Assembly (NCBI GenBank): GCA_040902005.1
Contig: JBBDYA010000018.1
Location: 7,959 to 44,415, forward strand
DNA length: 36,457 nt
Reading direction: 5' to 3'
Source of the DNA: Gemmatimonadaceae bacterium
GTDB lineage: Bacteria > Gemmatimonadota > Gemmatimonadetes > Gemmatimonadales > Gemmatimonadaceae
How positions within the stretch are numbered: position 1 is the first letter of the stretch; each line of letters opens with the position of its first letter. The notes below the pieces were generated by a model. The model did no database searches. It was not told the origin of the DNA and worked only from the letters and a program-made list of their open reading frames with translations. Shown piece after piece: positions 7,807-15,890 of the stretch. The translations under genes and the position numbers were made by a program.

Positions 7807-10050
7807 TCACGGGGCAGGGACCAACTGCAGCCGATGCGCAGCCGCCTGCTCCACCGCCGCTCGCGAGAACACCATCGGGAAATACTCTCCGCGGCCGAAA
7901 CTGTCCACGAGATTCCGATAGAATGGGCTGAACGGCTGTCCCGACTGCCCCGGCACGTTCGTCGCCATCGACGCGTCGAGATCGTTCATGTCGATCACCT
8001 GGCGGTAGGTCGCGCCCACGGCGGCCACGAAACCGGCGCCCCCGTGCCGCTCCACCGGCGGAGCATCGTACGCGCTCACGAGCGAATGCGGTAACTCGCT
8101 GCGGTTGATCCGTCCCCAACGCCACTGCGCACGATCCGCTCCCTGCGTCGCTCGCAGCGAGTCGATGGCAATCCGAATGGCCCGCTCGATCCGGGATCCC
8201 GCGTTACCCGGGCCGAGGGCGCGCGCGTCCGCGTCGATCGCACGCGACGCATACCGGTAGAGCGCTGGCGCGGCGCTCTCGCGGCGGTGCTGCCCGTCCC
8301 ACGCCGCGAGCTGCTGCCTGCTCCATTCGATGTCGGGATCGCTCGACGTCCACCCGCGGAACAGTCGCGTGTCGGCCAGGGCGCGCGCGTTGAGCGCGTC
8401 GTGCTGCAACGCCATGTGATCCCCGAGCGTCATGGCCTTCGCGCTCGACAGTACCTCGGCCAGGCGGCGGTAGCGCGCGTCCTGGGGCGTGTTCTTGAAG
8501 TACAGCGGGGGATCGTAGTTCGGCGGGTGAATGTCGTGATTCGCCGTCGCGATCCAGCCGCGCTCCGGGTTCAGCTCCCTCGGCAGATCGGTGCGCAAGC
8601 CGTCCCATTCGTACTCGCCCGTGCCGGGCACGGGAAGCCGGCCGTGCCAGTTGGGACGTTTGGGTGACGCGGCCGACGCCTGCCACGCGATGTTTCCCTT
8701 CGTGTCGCCGCAGACCATGTTCTCCGTGGGCGCCAGGTAGTATCGCTGCGCGTCGAGGAACTGCTCGCAGTCCTCGAGCGCGTGATAGCGCAGCGCGCTG
8801 AGATACCCCGCGCTTCCCGGCAGATGCGCCGTGGTGCGCATGGCGTACGCCTTGCGGCGGACCGTGTCCTCGTAAAACACCGGTCCATGCCTCGTGAACT
8901 TGTGGGTGACGACCACCGGTGCCGCTCCTTTCACGAGGATGGTGTCGATAACGACGCGCATCGGCTCCCACCGCCCGCGGAAGCGCACCTGGGTCCGGTT
9001 CGCCGGGTGGGTCTCTTCCACGTACACGTCGCTCTGGTCGGTGCCCACGATGGTGAGCCCCCATCCGATGCGTTCGGTGTGGCCGATCATCACGCCGGGG
9101 AGCACGGCCTCGGTCGCGCCGATCACGTTCCAGCCAGGCGCGTTCAGGTGCACGATGTACCGGATGGACGGGTTCGCGACGTTGCGGTGCGGATCGTTCG
9201 CCACCACCACGTGCCCGTTGGCGGAGAGTCGCGCGCTCGTCACCCAGTTGTTGCTCCCCGGCGAGTTCTCCTGCACGCCGCGGTTGTCGCTCGCGTCCGA
9301 CATCGCCCGGTACTCCGGCAGCATCGGCGGGCGTACCACGCCGCCGCGCAAGGCCGTCAGCGCCGCGATGACTTCGTCGTCGATGATCGAATGGTCCACG
9401 CCGTCTGGAACGACGAGATCGCGGTGGGGCGAGGGACGGGCGGCCCTGTTCGCCGAATCCACGCCGACGCGCGCGACATCGCGCGCCAGCCGCAGCTCGG
9501 ACGTCGCGTTCGCCACCGGCAGCGCCGTGGTCGTGCGCAGCAGCGCGATCTCGGGCGTCCATAGCCCGGGGCGGAGACCCGTCAGCTGGAACTCCACCGG
9601 CAGGCGGTCTCCCGCGTGCGCGATGTAGGCGTTCACGCCATCCGCGAACGCCTCGAAGATCCGTTGTCCCTCCGGGTGGTAGCTCTTCCACTCGGAATCG
9701 TCAAACGGTCCGCGGAACTTCAGCAGCCGCGCGAGTTGGTCGTGCCGCACGTACGACGGCCCCATGATCTCCGCCAGCGATCCCCCGTAGGTGCGCCGGT
9801 ACATCTCCATCTGCCAGAGGCGATCCTGCGCCTGGACGAAGCCCTGCGCGAAGAACAGGTCGTCGATGTTCCGCGCGTAGAGGTGCGGCACGCCCCAGCG
9901 ATCGCGGATGACCTCCACCTGCTCCTTCAGTCCCCGGAGGGCGACGCGTCCGTCGATTTGCGCCAGCGAGGACCTGGCGAGTTGTTCGAGCGTCTGCGCC
10001 TGAACGGAGGACGCCGCGAGCAATGCGGCCACTGCACACAGGAATCGCAT
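7807..10050 (-). CDS. Penicillin acylase family Ntn-hydrolase (peptidase S45 / AHL-acylase-like)
   Basis: Signal peptide; RDRWGVPHLYA; FAQGFVQAQDRLWQME; GSNNW nucleophile site; ANDPH; TRHGPV; PGQSG. Confidence 0.93.
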   Translation of the reverse strand: MRFLCAVAALLAASSVQAQTLEQLARSSLAQIDGRVALRGLKEQVEVIRDRWGVPHLYARNIDDLFFAQGFVQAQDRLWQMEMYRRTYGGSLAEIMGPSYVRHDQLARLLKFRGPFDDSEWKSYHPEGQRIFEAFADGVNAYIAHAGDRLPVEFQLTGLRPGLWTPEIALLRTTTALPVANATSELRLARDVARVGVDSANRAARPSPHRDLVVPDGVDHSIIDDEVIAALTALRGGVVRPPMLPEYRAMSDASDNRGVQENSPGSNNWVTSARLSANGHVVVANDPHRNVANPSIRYIVHLNAPGWNVIGATEAVLPGVMIGHTERIGWGLTIVGTDQSDVYVEETHPANRTQVRFRGRWEPMRVVIDTILVKGAAPVVVTHKFTRHGPVFYEDTVRRKAYAMRTTAHLPGSAGYLSALRYHALEDCEQFLDAQRYYLAPTENMVCGDTKGNIAWQASAASPKRPNWHGRLPVPGTGEYEWDGLRTDLPRELNPERGWIATANHDIHPPNYDPPLYFKNTPQDARYRRLAEVLSSAKAMTLGDHMALQHDALNARALADTRLFRGWTSSDPDIEWSRQQLAAWDGQHRRESAAPALYRYASRAIDADARALGPGNAGSRIERAIRIAIDSLRATQGADRAQWRWGRINRSELPHSLVSAYDAPPVERHGGAGFVAAVGATYRQVIDMNDLDASMATNVPGQSGQPFSPFYRNLVDSFGRGEYFPMVFSRAAVEQAAAHRLQLVPAP

Positions 10051-10133
10051 GATTGTGCCTGCGGAGAGGGACGTCCGAAACTAGCCCCGCGCTCGCAGTA
10101 CCCGAAAGGGCTGGGAACCTCGGCGGCGACCCA

Positions 10134-10224
10134 CCCGCGATGCTATTTCGCGGGCACCGACAGCGAGATCCGCAGCGTCGCGCCAGCCGAGGAGAGCATG
10201 TTGACCAGGGCATCGATCGTGAAC
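10134..10224 (-). repeat. 91-bp direct repeat, copy 1: detached 3' end of the XRE/HTH gene
   Basis: Matches 11019..11109 with 3 mismatches; encodes FTIDALVNMLSSAGATLRISLSVPAK* on the minus strand. Confidence 0.95.
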
Positions 10225-10327
10225 GATTGACAGCGACATTTTCGATGCGATGATCTGGGTCATGGAGCGCGCCAAGCTCGTGGTCGAGGGCGCCGTCAAC
10301 CTGCAGCAGCTCCGCGGGCTGACCTGA
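10223..10327 (+). pseudogene. Probable fragment of a threonine/serine dehydratase (PLP fold II) C-terminus
   Basis: Reads TIDSDIFDAMIWVMERAKLVVEGAVNLQQLRGLT*. ERAKLVVEGA resembles the ExxKLVVEGA segment of TdcB/IlvA-like enzymes. No N-terminus present. Confidence 0.5.
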
Positions 10328-10370
10328 AACCAGGCACGGTCATCGGCGCCCTGGTGGGCGCAGGAGGGCA

Positions 10371-10937
10371 ATGAACATGTCGGACAACGTCGGCGCCATT
10401 CGCCACGCACTGATGTCGTACCCGCCCATCGGCTTCGCCTTGTGGACGATGTCGCGCCATCAGCTGGCGGACGGCAACGATCCCCTGTTGCTGGCGCTTT
10501 TTCCGATCGGCTTCGTGGCGGGGATCTGGTTCGCGATCTCACAGCGCCGCTGGTTCCTCGCGTGGATTGAGAATCAGCCCCGCCGGTACATCTACGCCAT
10601 CCCGACCTTCGGGATTGGCGCCGCATGCTTTCTGTTCGGCAGCGCCAACGCAATCAACGGAACGTTCGCCGATCGCGAAACCCGCGAGGTATCGGGAAAG
10701 GTTTCCTTCTTCTGTTGCCGGAGCGACGACGAGCCGACGATTCGGATGGTGCCCGATGCGGAGCCCGGACGGGAGATCAACTTCAACGTCACTCCCAACG
10801 AGTATCTGAAGCTCCGCAGTATCGGAGTACCTGTCGCGGTGCGCCTGCGGCGAGGCCTACTGCGACGCGATCTCGTCGTGGACTATCGTCTCCTGCCGGT
10901 GACGCCGGCGCCGCCATCGGCACCCAAGCGGCCGTGA
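10371..10937 (+). CDS. Hypothetical membrane protein (about 3 TM helices plus small beta-rich C-terminal domain)
   Basis: AGGAGG upstream; hydrophobic segments LLLALFPIGFVAGIWFAI and YIYAIPTFGIGAACFLFG. Confidence 0.75.
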   Translation: MNMSDNVGAIRHALMSYPPIGFALWTMSRHQLADGNDPLLLALFPIGFVAGIWFAISQRRWFLAWIENQPRRYIYAIPTFGIGAACFLFGSANAINGTFADRETREVSGKVSFFCCRSDDEPTIRMVPDAEPGREINFNVTPNEYLKLRSIGVPVAVRLRRGLLRRDLVVDYRLLPVTPAPPSAPKRP

Positions 10938-11018
10938 CGCGGTGGCGAGAGCCCAGCCAAACCAGGAACGGAAGGGTGTGACCACCCCTGCGACGCGATG
11001 GTTACCCCGGTCCCCCAG

Positions 11019-11109
11019 CCCGCGGTGCTATTCCGCGGGCACCGACAGCGAGATCCGCAGCGTCGCGCCAGCCGAGGAGAGCATGTTGACCAGGGCGTCG
11101 ATCGTGAAC
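11019..11109 (-). repeat. 91-bp direct repeat, copy 2 (3' end of the intact HTH gene)
   Basis: Matches 10134..10224. Confidence 0.95.
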
Positions 11110-11321
11110 AGGCCGATCTTGCCGCGCTTCAAGTCGCTGATGCGGGGTTGTGAAACGCCCAGCAGCTCCGCCGCGCTCACCTGGGGCATGCCGTCGATCA
11201 GGTCGCGGAGCTCGCTCATCAGCTGCGCGCGAATCTTCAGGTTCTCGGCTTCCTGAGAGGAGAAGCCAAGGTCGGCAAACACGTTGCCGCCAGACGTCGT
11301 GACGTGCGCGGAACCGCGCAA
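11028..11321 (-). CDS. XRE-family helix-turn-helix protein, HigA-like antitoxin type
   Basis: SGGNVFADLGFS..EAENLKIRAQLM..QVSAAELLGVSQPRISDLKRGKIGLFTIDALVNML is typical of this family. TTG start at 11321 is uncertain. Confidence 0.85.
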   Translation of the reverse strand: MRGSAHVTTSGGNVFADLGFSSQEAENLKIRAQLMSELRDLIDGMPQVSAAELLGVSQPRISDLKRGKIGLFTIDALVNMLSSAGATLRISLSVPAE

Positions 11322-11586
11322 CCGCGAGTGGGCTGCGCTTCCACGCCGAGTAAGGCCAGTTTGTCCGACCGAAGACTTTCTTCTGTGCTTTCCGGGTTTC
11401 GCCGTCATTCCTGCCGTCCCAAGAGGACACGCAACTATAAAAGTCCAGTATACGCCAGGCAAGCGCCTGACTGACGGCCCAGTCGTTGACGGTATGCTGT
11501 GCCGCCGGCAATGCCGTACCACGGGTTGCGTGGCGAAAGCCGGGCAGAAGGGCGAGTTTCCAGCCAGCGATCATCGGAGAAGACAG

Positions 11587-12429
11587 ATGACGGCAGTCCA
11601 GGGCGAGGACTCGGAAGCGAAGCGCCAAAGGAAGGACAAGAAGAAGGACAAGAAGTTGAAACGTAAGTTCTACGAGAAGGAACTGGAACGCCTCCAGGCC
11701 GAACTCGTCAAGCTGCAATACTGGATCAAGCAGCACGGCCTGCGGGTGGTGGTGGTGTTCGAAGGCCGCGACGCGGCAGGCAAGGGCGGCGCGATCAAGC
11801 GCGTTGAAGCACCGCTCAATCCGCGCGGCTGTCGGGTGGTCGCGCTCGGAACCCCGACCGAGCGGGAAAAGACGCAGTGGTACTTCCAACGCTACGTGGC
11901 GCACCTGCCGGAGGCGGGCGAGATCGTCCTGTTCGACCGCAGCTGGTACAATCGCGCCGGCGTCGAGCAGGTCATGGGGTTCTGCACGAAGCAGGAGTAC
12001 AAGGAATTCCTGCGCTCATGTCCCGAGTTCGAGGGGATGTTGCAGCGCTCCGGCATCACGCTGATCAAGTACTGGTTCAGCGTCAGCGGGGAGGAGCAGG
12101 AGAAGCGCTTTCGCGAGCGTGCCAAGGATCCGAGCAAGCGCTGGAAAATCAGCCGCATGGATCTCGAGGCGCGCGCCCGCTGGGTGGAATTCTCCAAGGC
12201 CAAGGACGTGATGTTCGACCACACGGACAACAGCGACAGTCCGTGGTGGGTGGTGGAGGCCGACGACAAGCGTCGCGCGCGACTCAACTTCATCACGCAT
12301 CTGCTGAGCCAGTTCAAGTACAGCAACGTACGGTCGAAAGACGACCTCAAGCTCCCGAAGCGGCAGACCGACGACAAATACAAGCGTCCCCCGCGCGAGA
12401 AGCAGCGGTTCGTGCCCGACGTGTACTGA
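11587..12429 (+). CDS. ppk2: Polyphosphate kinase 2
   Basis: FEGRDAAGKGG Walker A; FDRSWYNRAGVE; WYFQRY; KRWKIS; ADDKRRARLN. Start ATG 11587 with GGAG upstream. Confidence 0.96.
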   Translation: MTAVQGEDSEAKRQRKDKKKDKKLKRKFYEKELERLQAELVKLQYWIKQHGLRVVVVFEGRDAAGKGGAIKRVEAPLNPRGCRVVALGTPTEREKTQWYFQRYVAHLPEAGEIVLFDRSWYNRAGVEQVMGFCTKQEYKEFLRSCPEFEGMLQRSGITLIKYWFSVSGEEQEKRFRERAKDPSKRWKISRMDLEARARWVEFSKAKDVMFDHTDNSDSPWWVVEADDKRRARLNFITHLLSQFKYSNVRSKDDLKLPKRQTDDKYKRPPREKQRFVPDVY

Positions 12430-12456
12430 GCCGTGCCAGGGGTTGAGGTGCAGTTG

Positions 12457-12942
12457 CTACTCCACGTGATACCCAAGGGCGACCGCGTTGGCTCGGATCC
12501 GCTCATCACGGGTGACGACGGTGATCAGCGCCGGTGCTTCTCCCAACGCGTCGATGGTTGCCAGGTGAATGGCGTCCGGTGTGCGGATTGGTTCAGCCGG
12601 GAATCGTCGCGTGGCGCGGCGCAGTACGACGTCGGAAACTCCGACGACGTCGATGCTCAGCTCGAACCGGTTCAGCGCGTCGGCGACAACCCTGGCCTGA
12701 TCGTCCGTCAGCCGCCCAGACAGGTGGGCGCGAACCACCGCCCGCCCCGCCTCGGCGATGGTCAACGCAGAGGTGAGTCGTCGGCCGGGCGCTCGAAGTG
12801 CCTTCAGGGCATCGCGGTCCTGCTCGAGAAGCGCTGAGAGCAGCGCGCTGGTTTCCAGGTACCGGAACCCAACCGGTTCCTCGCGAACGCGGGCGGGTGC
12901 GCGCCGCGGTCGACGTGGCCGCTGTCGACTACCGGTCGCCAC
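12457..12942 (-). CDS. PIN-domain (VapC-like) toxin
   Basis: YLETSALL, SALTIAEAGRA, IRTPDAIHLATI, VVTRDERI. GTG start at 12942 overlaps the antitoxin end; start uncertain. Confidence 0.85.
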   Translation of the reverse strand: MATGSRQRPRRPRRAPARVREEPVGFRYLETSALLSALLEQDRDALKALRAPGRRLTSALTIAEAGRAVVRAHLSGRLTDDQARVVADALNRFELSIDVVGVSDVVLRRATRRFPAEPIRTPDAIHLATIDALGEAPALITVVTRDERIRANAVALGYHVE

Positions 12943-13195
12943 GCTCTTCGTCGAGGAGCACGGATGCGGAGCCCCGCGGCAGTCGGACGCCGAGCCGGTG
13001 CCATCCAGCGAACGGATCCCCCTGGACGACGGCACGTCGGATTCCGTGCATGGCCGCGGGCAGAACCGAATCCGGTGGCCGCAACTCCGCGACGGGTCGG
13101 CCGTGCGCGGTCACGACAATGTGTTCGCCCGCCGCGACGCGGCGCAGATACAGGCTGAGGTTGTTCTTCAGCTCGCGAATCCCCGTTGTCGCCAT
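12929..13195 (-). CDS. Phd/YefM-family antitoxin
   Basis: MATTGIRELKNNLSLYLRRVAAGEHIVVTAHGRPVAELRP is the Phd N-terminal signature; directly upstream of the PIN gene. Confidence 0.92.
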   Translation of the reverse strand: MATTGIRELKNNLSLYLRRVAAGEHIVVTAHGRPVAELRPPDSVLPAAMHGIRRAVVQGDPFAGWHRLGVRLPRGSASVLLDEERGDR

Positions 13196-13203
13196 GCCGG
13201 AAG

Positions 13204-13223
13204 TGTAGCCATATGTAGCTACA
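13204..13223. promoter_or_regulatory. Candidate autoregulatory operator of the TA pair
   Basis: TGTAGCcataTGTAGCTACA: perfect palindrome TGTAGCTACA (13214-13223) plus a repeated half-site, ending 8 bp from the antitoxin ATG. Confidence 0.6.
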
Positions 13224-13238
13224 AATACCAGTGTGCGG

Positions 13239-15890
13239 CTACTCCACGCGCAGGGTCCGCGCCGGATCCACCGCGGTGGCGCGCCGCGCGGGGATCCAGG
13301 ATGCCAGGGACACCACCGTGAGAAGCACCACCGTGACCCCGACGCCGATGTGCCAGGGGTTGAGATCCGGCGCGATGAGCACCCGGTTCGCGAGCGCGAA
13401 GTGCAGCCCGATGACGCACACCGGCAAGCCGAGGAGCAGCGCGATTGCGCCCAGGCGCACGCCGGACGCCAGGAACATCCGCGCCACGCGCGTGGGCGTG
13501 GCGCCGACGGCGATGCGGATGCCGATTTCGCGCGTGCGCTGGCGAACGGCGAGCGATACCACCCCGTAAAGCCCCAGCGATGCGAGCAGCAGGGCGAGCG
13601 CCGCGGCAGCCCCCGCGAGAACCGAAATCTGCAGTGCAATGGAGCGCTCGCCCTCGTCGTGCTGTGCCTGCGTCTCCATCGCGCTGACTGGCAGTCCCGG
13701 CGCCGCCGCCCGGATGATCAGACGCAGCTCCGGCAGGAAGGGCTCGGCCGGCCCTCGCGTGCGGATCATCAACGCGTCGCGACGCCACCGTGCGTCATGC
13801 GCCGTATGGATGCGGATGACGTCGTCCTCACTCACGGACGCCGGCTGCTGGTACACTCCAACGATCAAGGCGCGCACGGTGTCCCGGTCGCCGTCCGCCG
13901 ATTGCGTGGACACGAGAACGCGCCCGATGGGGCTCGACTCGCCCCAGAGCCGGCGCGCAAGCTGGCTGCCGATCACCACCGGCGGCTCCGCTGCGCTGGT
14001 GTCCGCGAATGTGACGTCGCGGCCCAACAGGATTTGCGTGTCCATCTGCTCGAGCCAGCCAGCCGGCGTGCCCATCACTCGAAGCATGAGAAGCGAGTCG
14101 CCGCGCGACGGTGTAGGTACGTTCACGTACCTGAGCGCGTAGCCTGCCGCCTCCGGAATTACGCTGTGGACCTCCGGATGTTCGGCGATCCGAGGGATCA
14201 GCGCCTCCACCGCCTCGCGCCTTTGCGCGGGGCCGCCCGTCTGCGAGAGTGGCCGGAACGTGACGCGGACCAGGCGCTCGCTCAGCGCGCGCGGCATCGG
14301 CCGAAAGTCCTGGATCGCGAACGAGAGCATCACGCCGAGCATGACGAGGAGCGGCTGTGACAGGACGATCTGCGTGGTGACGAAGACGCGCTGAAGACGC
14401 GAGCGCGAGGTGGCCCCCGCGCCGGAGTCGCTCAGTGCCGCGGAGAACTTGCCGCGGGTGGCATGAAGCGCGGGAGTGAGTCCGAAGACGATCCCGGTGC
14501 CGCAGGCGAGCAGCAGCATGAATCCAAGGGTGCCCAGGTCGGGGCGGAGATCGACTCCCTGAACGTTCCGGGTGCTGTCGAGCCAGGCGGCAGCCCACCA
14601 GGTGAGGAGGATCCCGGCGGCTCCTCCGGCGATCGTGAGCAGCGTGGTCTCCGTGAGCAGTTGCCGGATGATCCGGGCGCGCGAGGCGCCGAGTGAGAGA
14701 CGCACGGCGATCTCGTGCCGCCGGCCGGTCGCGGAGGCCACCATCAGCGAGCTGACGTTCGTGCACGTCACGAGCAGGATCAGCAGCCCGATGAAGCTGA
14801 ACCCTGTCACCGTGAGGAGCACCTCGAGGTTCCCGGGGGCGATGGCCTCGAGGTCGAGCACCTGGGCGTTGCGCGCGAGCCCGACGCGCGCCGCGGAGTC
14901 GGGAAGTGAGCGGTACGCCACCCCGCGCGCGGCTCCGGTCGCCTGTTCATGCGAGGCATTAGGAGTGAGACGACCCACGAGCTCGAGCACCGCGTTCTCC
15001 TCCATCCACCGCGGCGACACGCGGGCAATCCCGGCTCGCGCGCTCACGGCAATCCAGAGGGCAGGGCGCTGTGCATTGCGTCGCGCGCCCTGAAACCTCG
15101 GCGGCGCCACGCCGACGATGCGCACCGGCAGGTCGTTGACGAGCACGCGCTGACCGACGGCGGCCGTGGGCGTTTCGTACAGCTGCTCCGCCATGCCGTT
15201 CGAGAGCACCACGGACATGTCCGCGCCTTCGGCGTCGAGCGCGAAGCCGGGGCCGGCGATGGCGATGCCGATCGTGGCGAAATAGTTCGGCGTGACGAAC
15301 TGCGCGCGGACCCCATGCGGGCCCGTGCTGTCGGGCCCGACGAGGACGACGTCGTGCGCATGCCAGGCCGCGACGCTCTCGAAGATGTCCTTTCGTTCGG
15401 AGAGCGCCTGCAGCTCGGCAGATGTCAAGTCACGCTCGTTCCAGCGCGCGGTGGGCGTGTCGCGTTGTGTGGACCAGACGCGCACGAGGCGGTCGTCGTT
15501 TGGGACGGCGGGCGCCGGACGGGTGAACTCGGCCTGGAGCGCCGCGAAGATCACCGTGTTCGCGCCGATCCCGAGCGCGAGGACGGCGACGACGATGGCG
15601 GTCGTGGCCTTGTTGCGCGCGAAATAGCGGAAGGCGAAGAGCAGGTCGCCGCGGAGGTCGTCCACCCAGCGCATGCCACGCGCGTCCCTGGCGCTGTCCT
15701 GAAGGACGGACACGTTACCGAACTCGCGTCGCGCGGCGAGTCGCGCTTCGTCGCGCGACATACCGCGGGTCATGAGCCGCTCGGTCGCCCGCTCGATGTG
15801 CTGACGCATCTCGGCCTGCATGTCGTCGGCGAGAGCGCGCCGTCCGAGAATGGCGCGCAGGCGCATCTGGAGAATGCGAATGACGTTCAT
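13239..15890 (-). CDS. MacB/FtsX-type ABC permease (duplicated orphan permease, ADOP-like)
   Basis: ARREFGN prefix; VLALGIGANTVIF; RRHEIAVRLSLGASRARIIRQLLTE; GLYGVVSLAVRQRTREIGIRIAVGA; WIPARRATAVDPARTLRVE. ATG 15890 overlaps the upstream TGA. Confidence 0.93.
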   Translation of the reverse strand: MNVIRILQMRLRAILGRRALADDMQAEMRQHIERATERLMTRGMSRDEARLAARREFGNVSVLQDSARDARGMRWVDDLRGDLLFAFRYFARNKATTAIVVAVLALGIGANTVIFAALQAEFTRPAPAVPNDDRLVRVWSTQRDTPTARWNERDLTSAELQALSERKDIFESVAAWHAHDVVLVGPDSTGPHGVRAQFVTPNYFATIGIAIAGPGFALDAEGADMSVVLSNGMAEQLYETPTAAVGQRVLVNDLPVRIVGVAPPRFQGARRNAQRPALWIAVSARAGIARVSPRWMEENAVLELVGRLTPNASHEQATGAARGVAYRSLPDSAARVGLARNAQVLDLEAIAPGNLEVLLTVTGFSFIGLLILLVTCTNVSSLMVASATGRRHEIAVRLSLGASRARIIRQLLTETTLLTIAGGAAGILLTWWAAAWLDSTRNVQGVDLRPDLGTLGFMLLLACGTGIVFGLTPALHATRGKFSAALSDSGAGATSRSRLQRVFVTTQIVLSQPLLVMLGVMLSFAIQDFRPMPRALSERLVRVTFRPLSQTGGPAQRREAVEALIPRIAEHPEVHSVIPEAAGYALRYVNVPTPSRGDSLLMLRVMGTPAGWLEQMDTQILLGRDVTFADTSAAEPPVVIGSQLARRLWGESSPIGRVLVSTQSADGDRDTVRALIVGVYQQPASVSEDDVIRIHTAHDARWRRDALMIRTRGPAEPFLPELRLIIRAAAPGLPVSAMETQAQHDEGERSIALQISVLAGAAAALALLLASLGLYGVVSLAVRQRTREIGIRIAVGATPTRVARMFLASGVRLGAIALLLGLPVCVIGLHFALANRVLIAPDLNPWHIGVGVTVVLLTVVSLASWIPARRATAVDPARTLRVE

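Noticed and set aside
10134..11109. Integron cassette or IS interpretation of the repeat-flanked segment
   Set aside because: No attC-like structure, terminal inverted repeats, transposase or integrase recognised; the repeat is coding sequence of the HTH gene.
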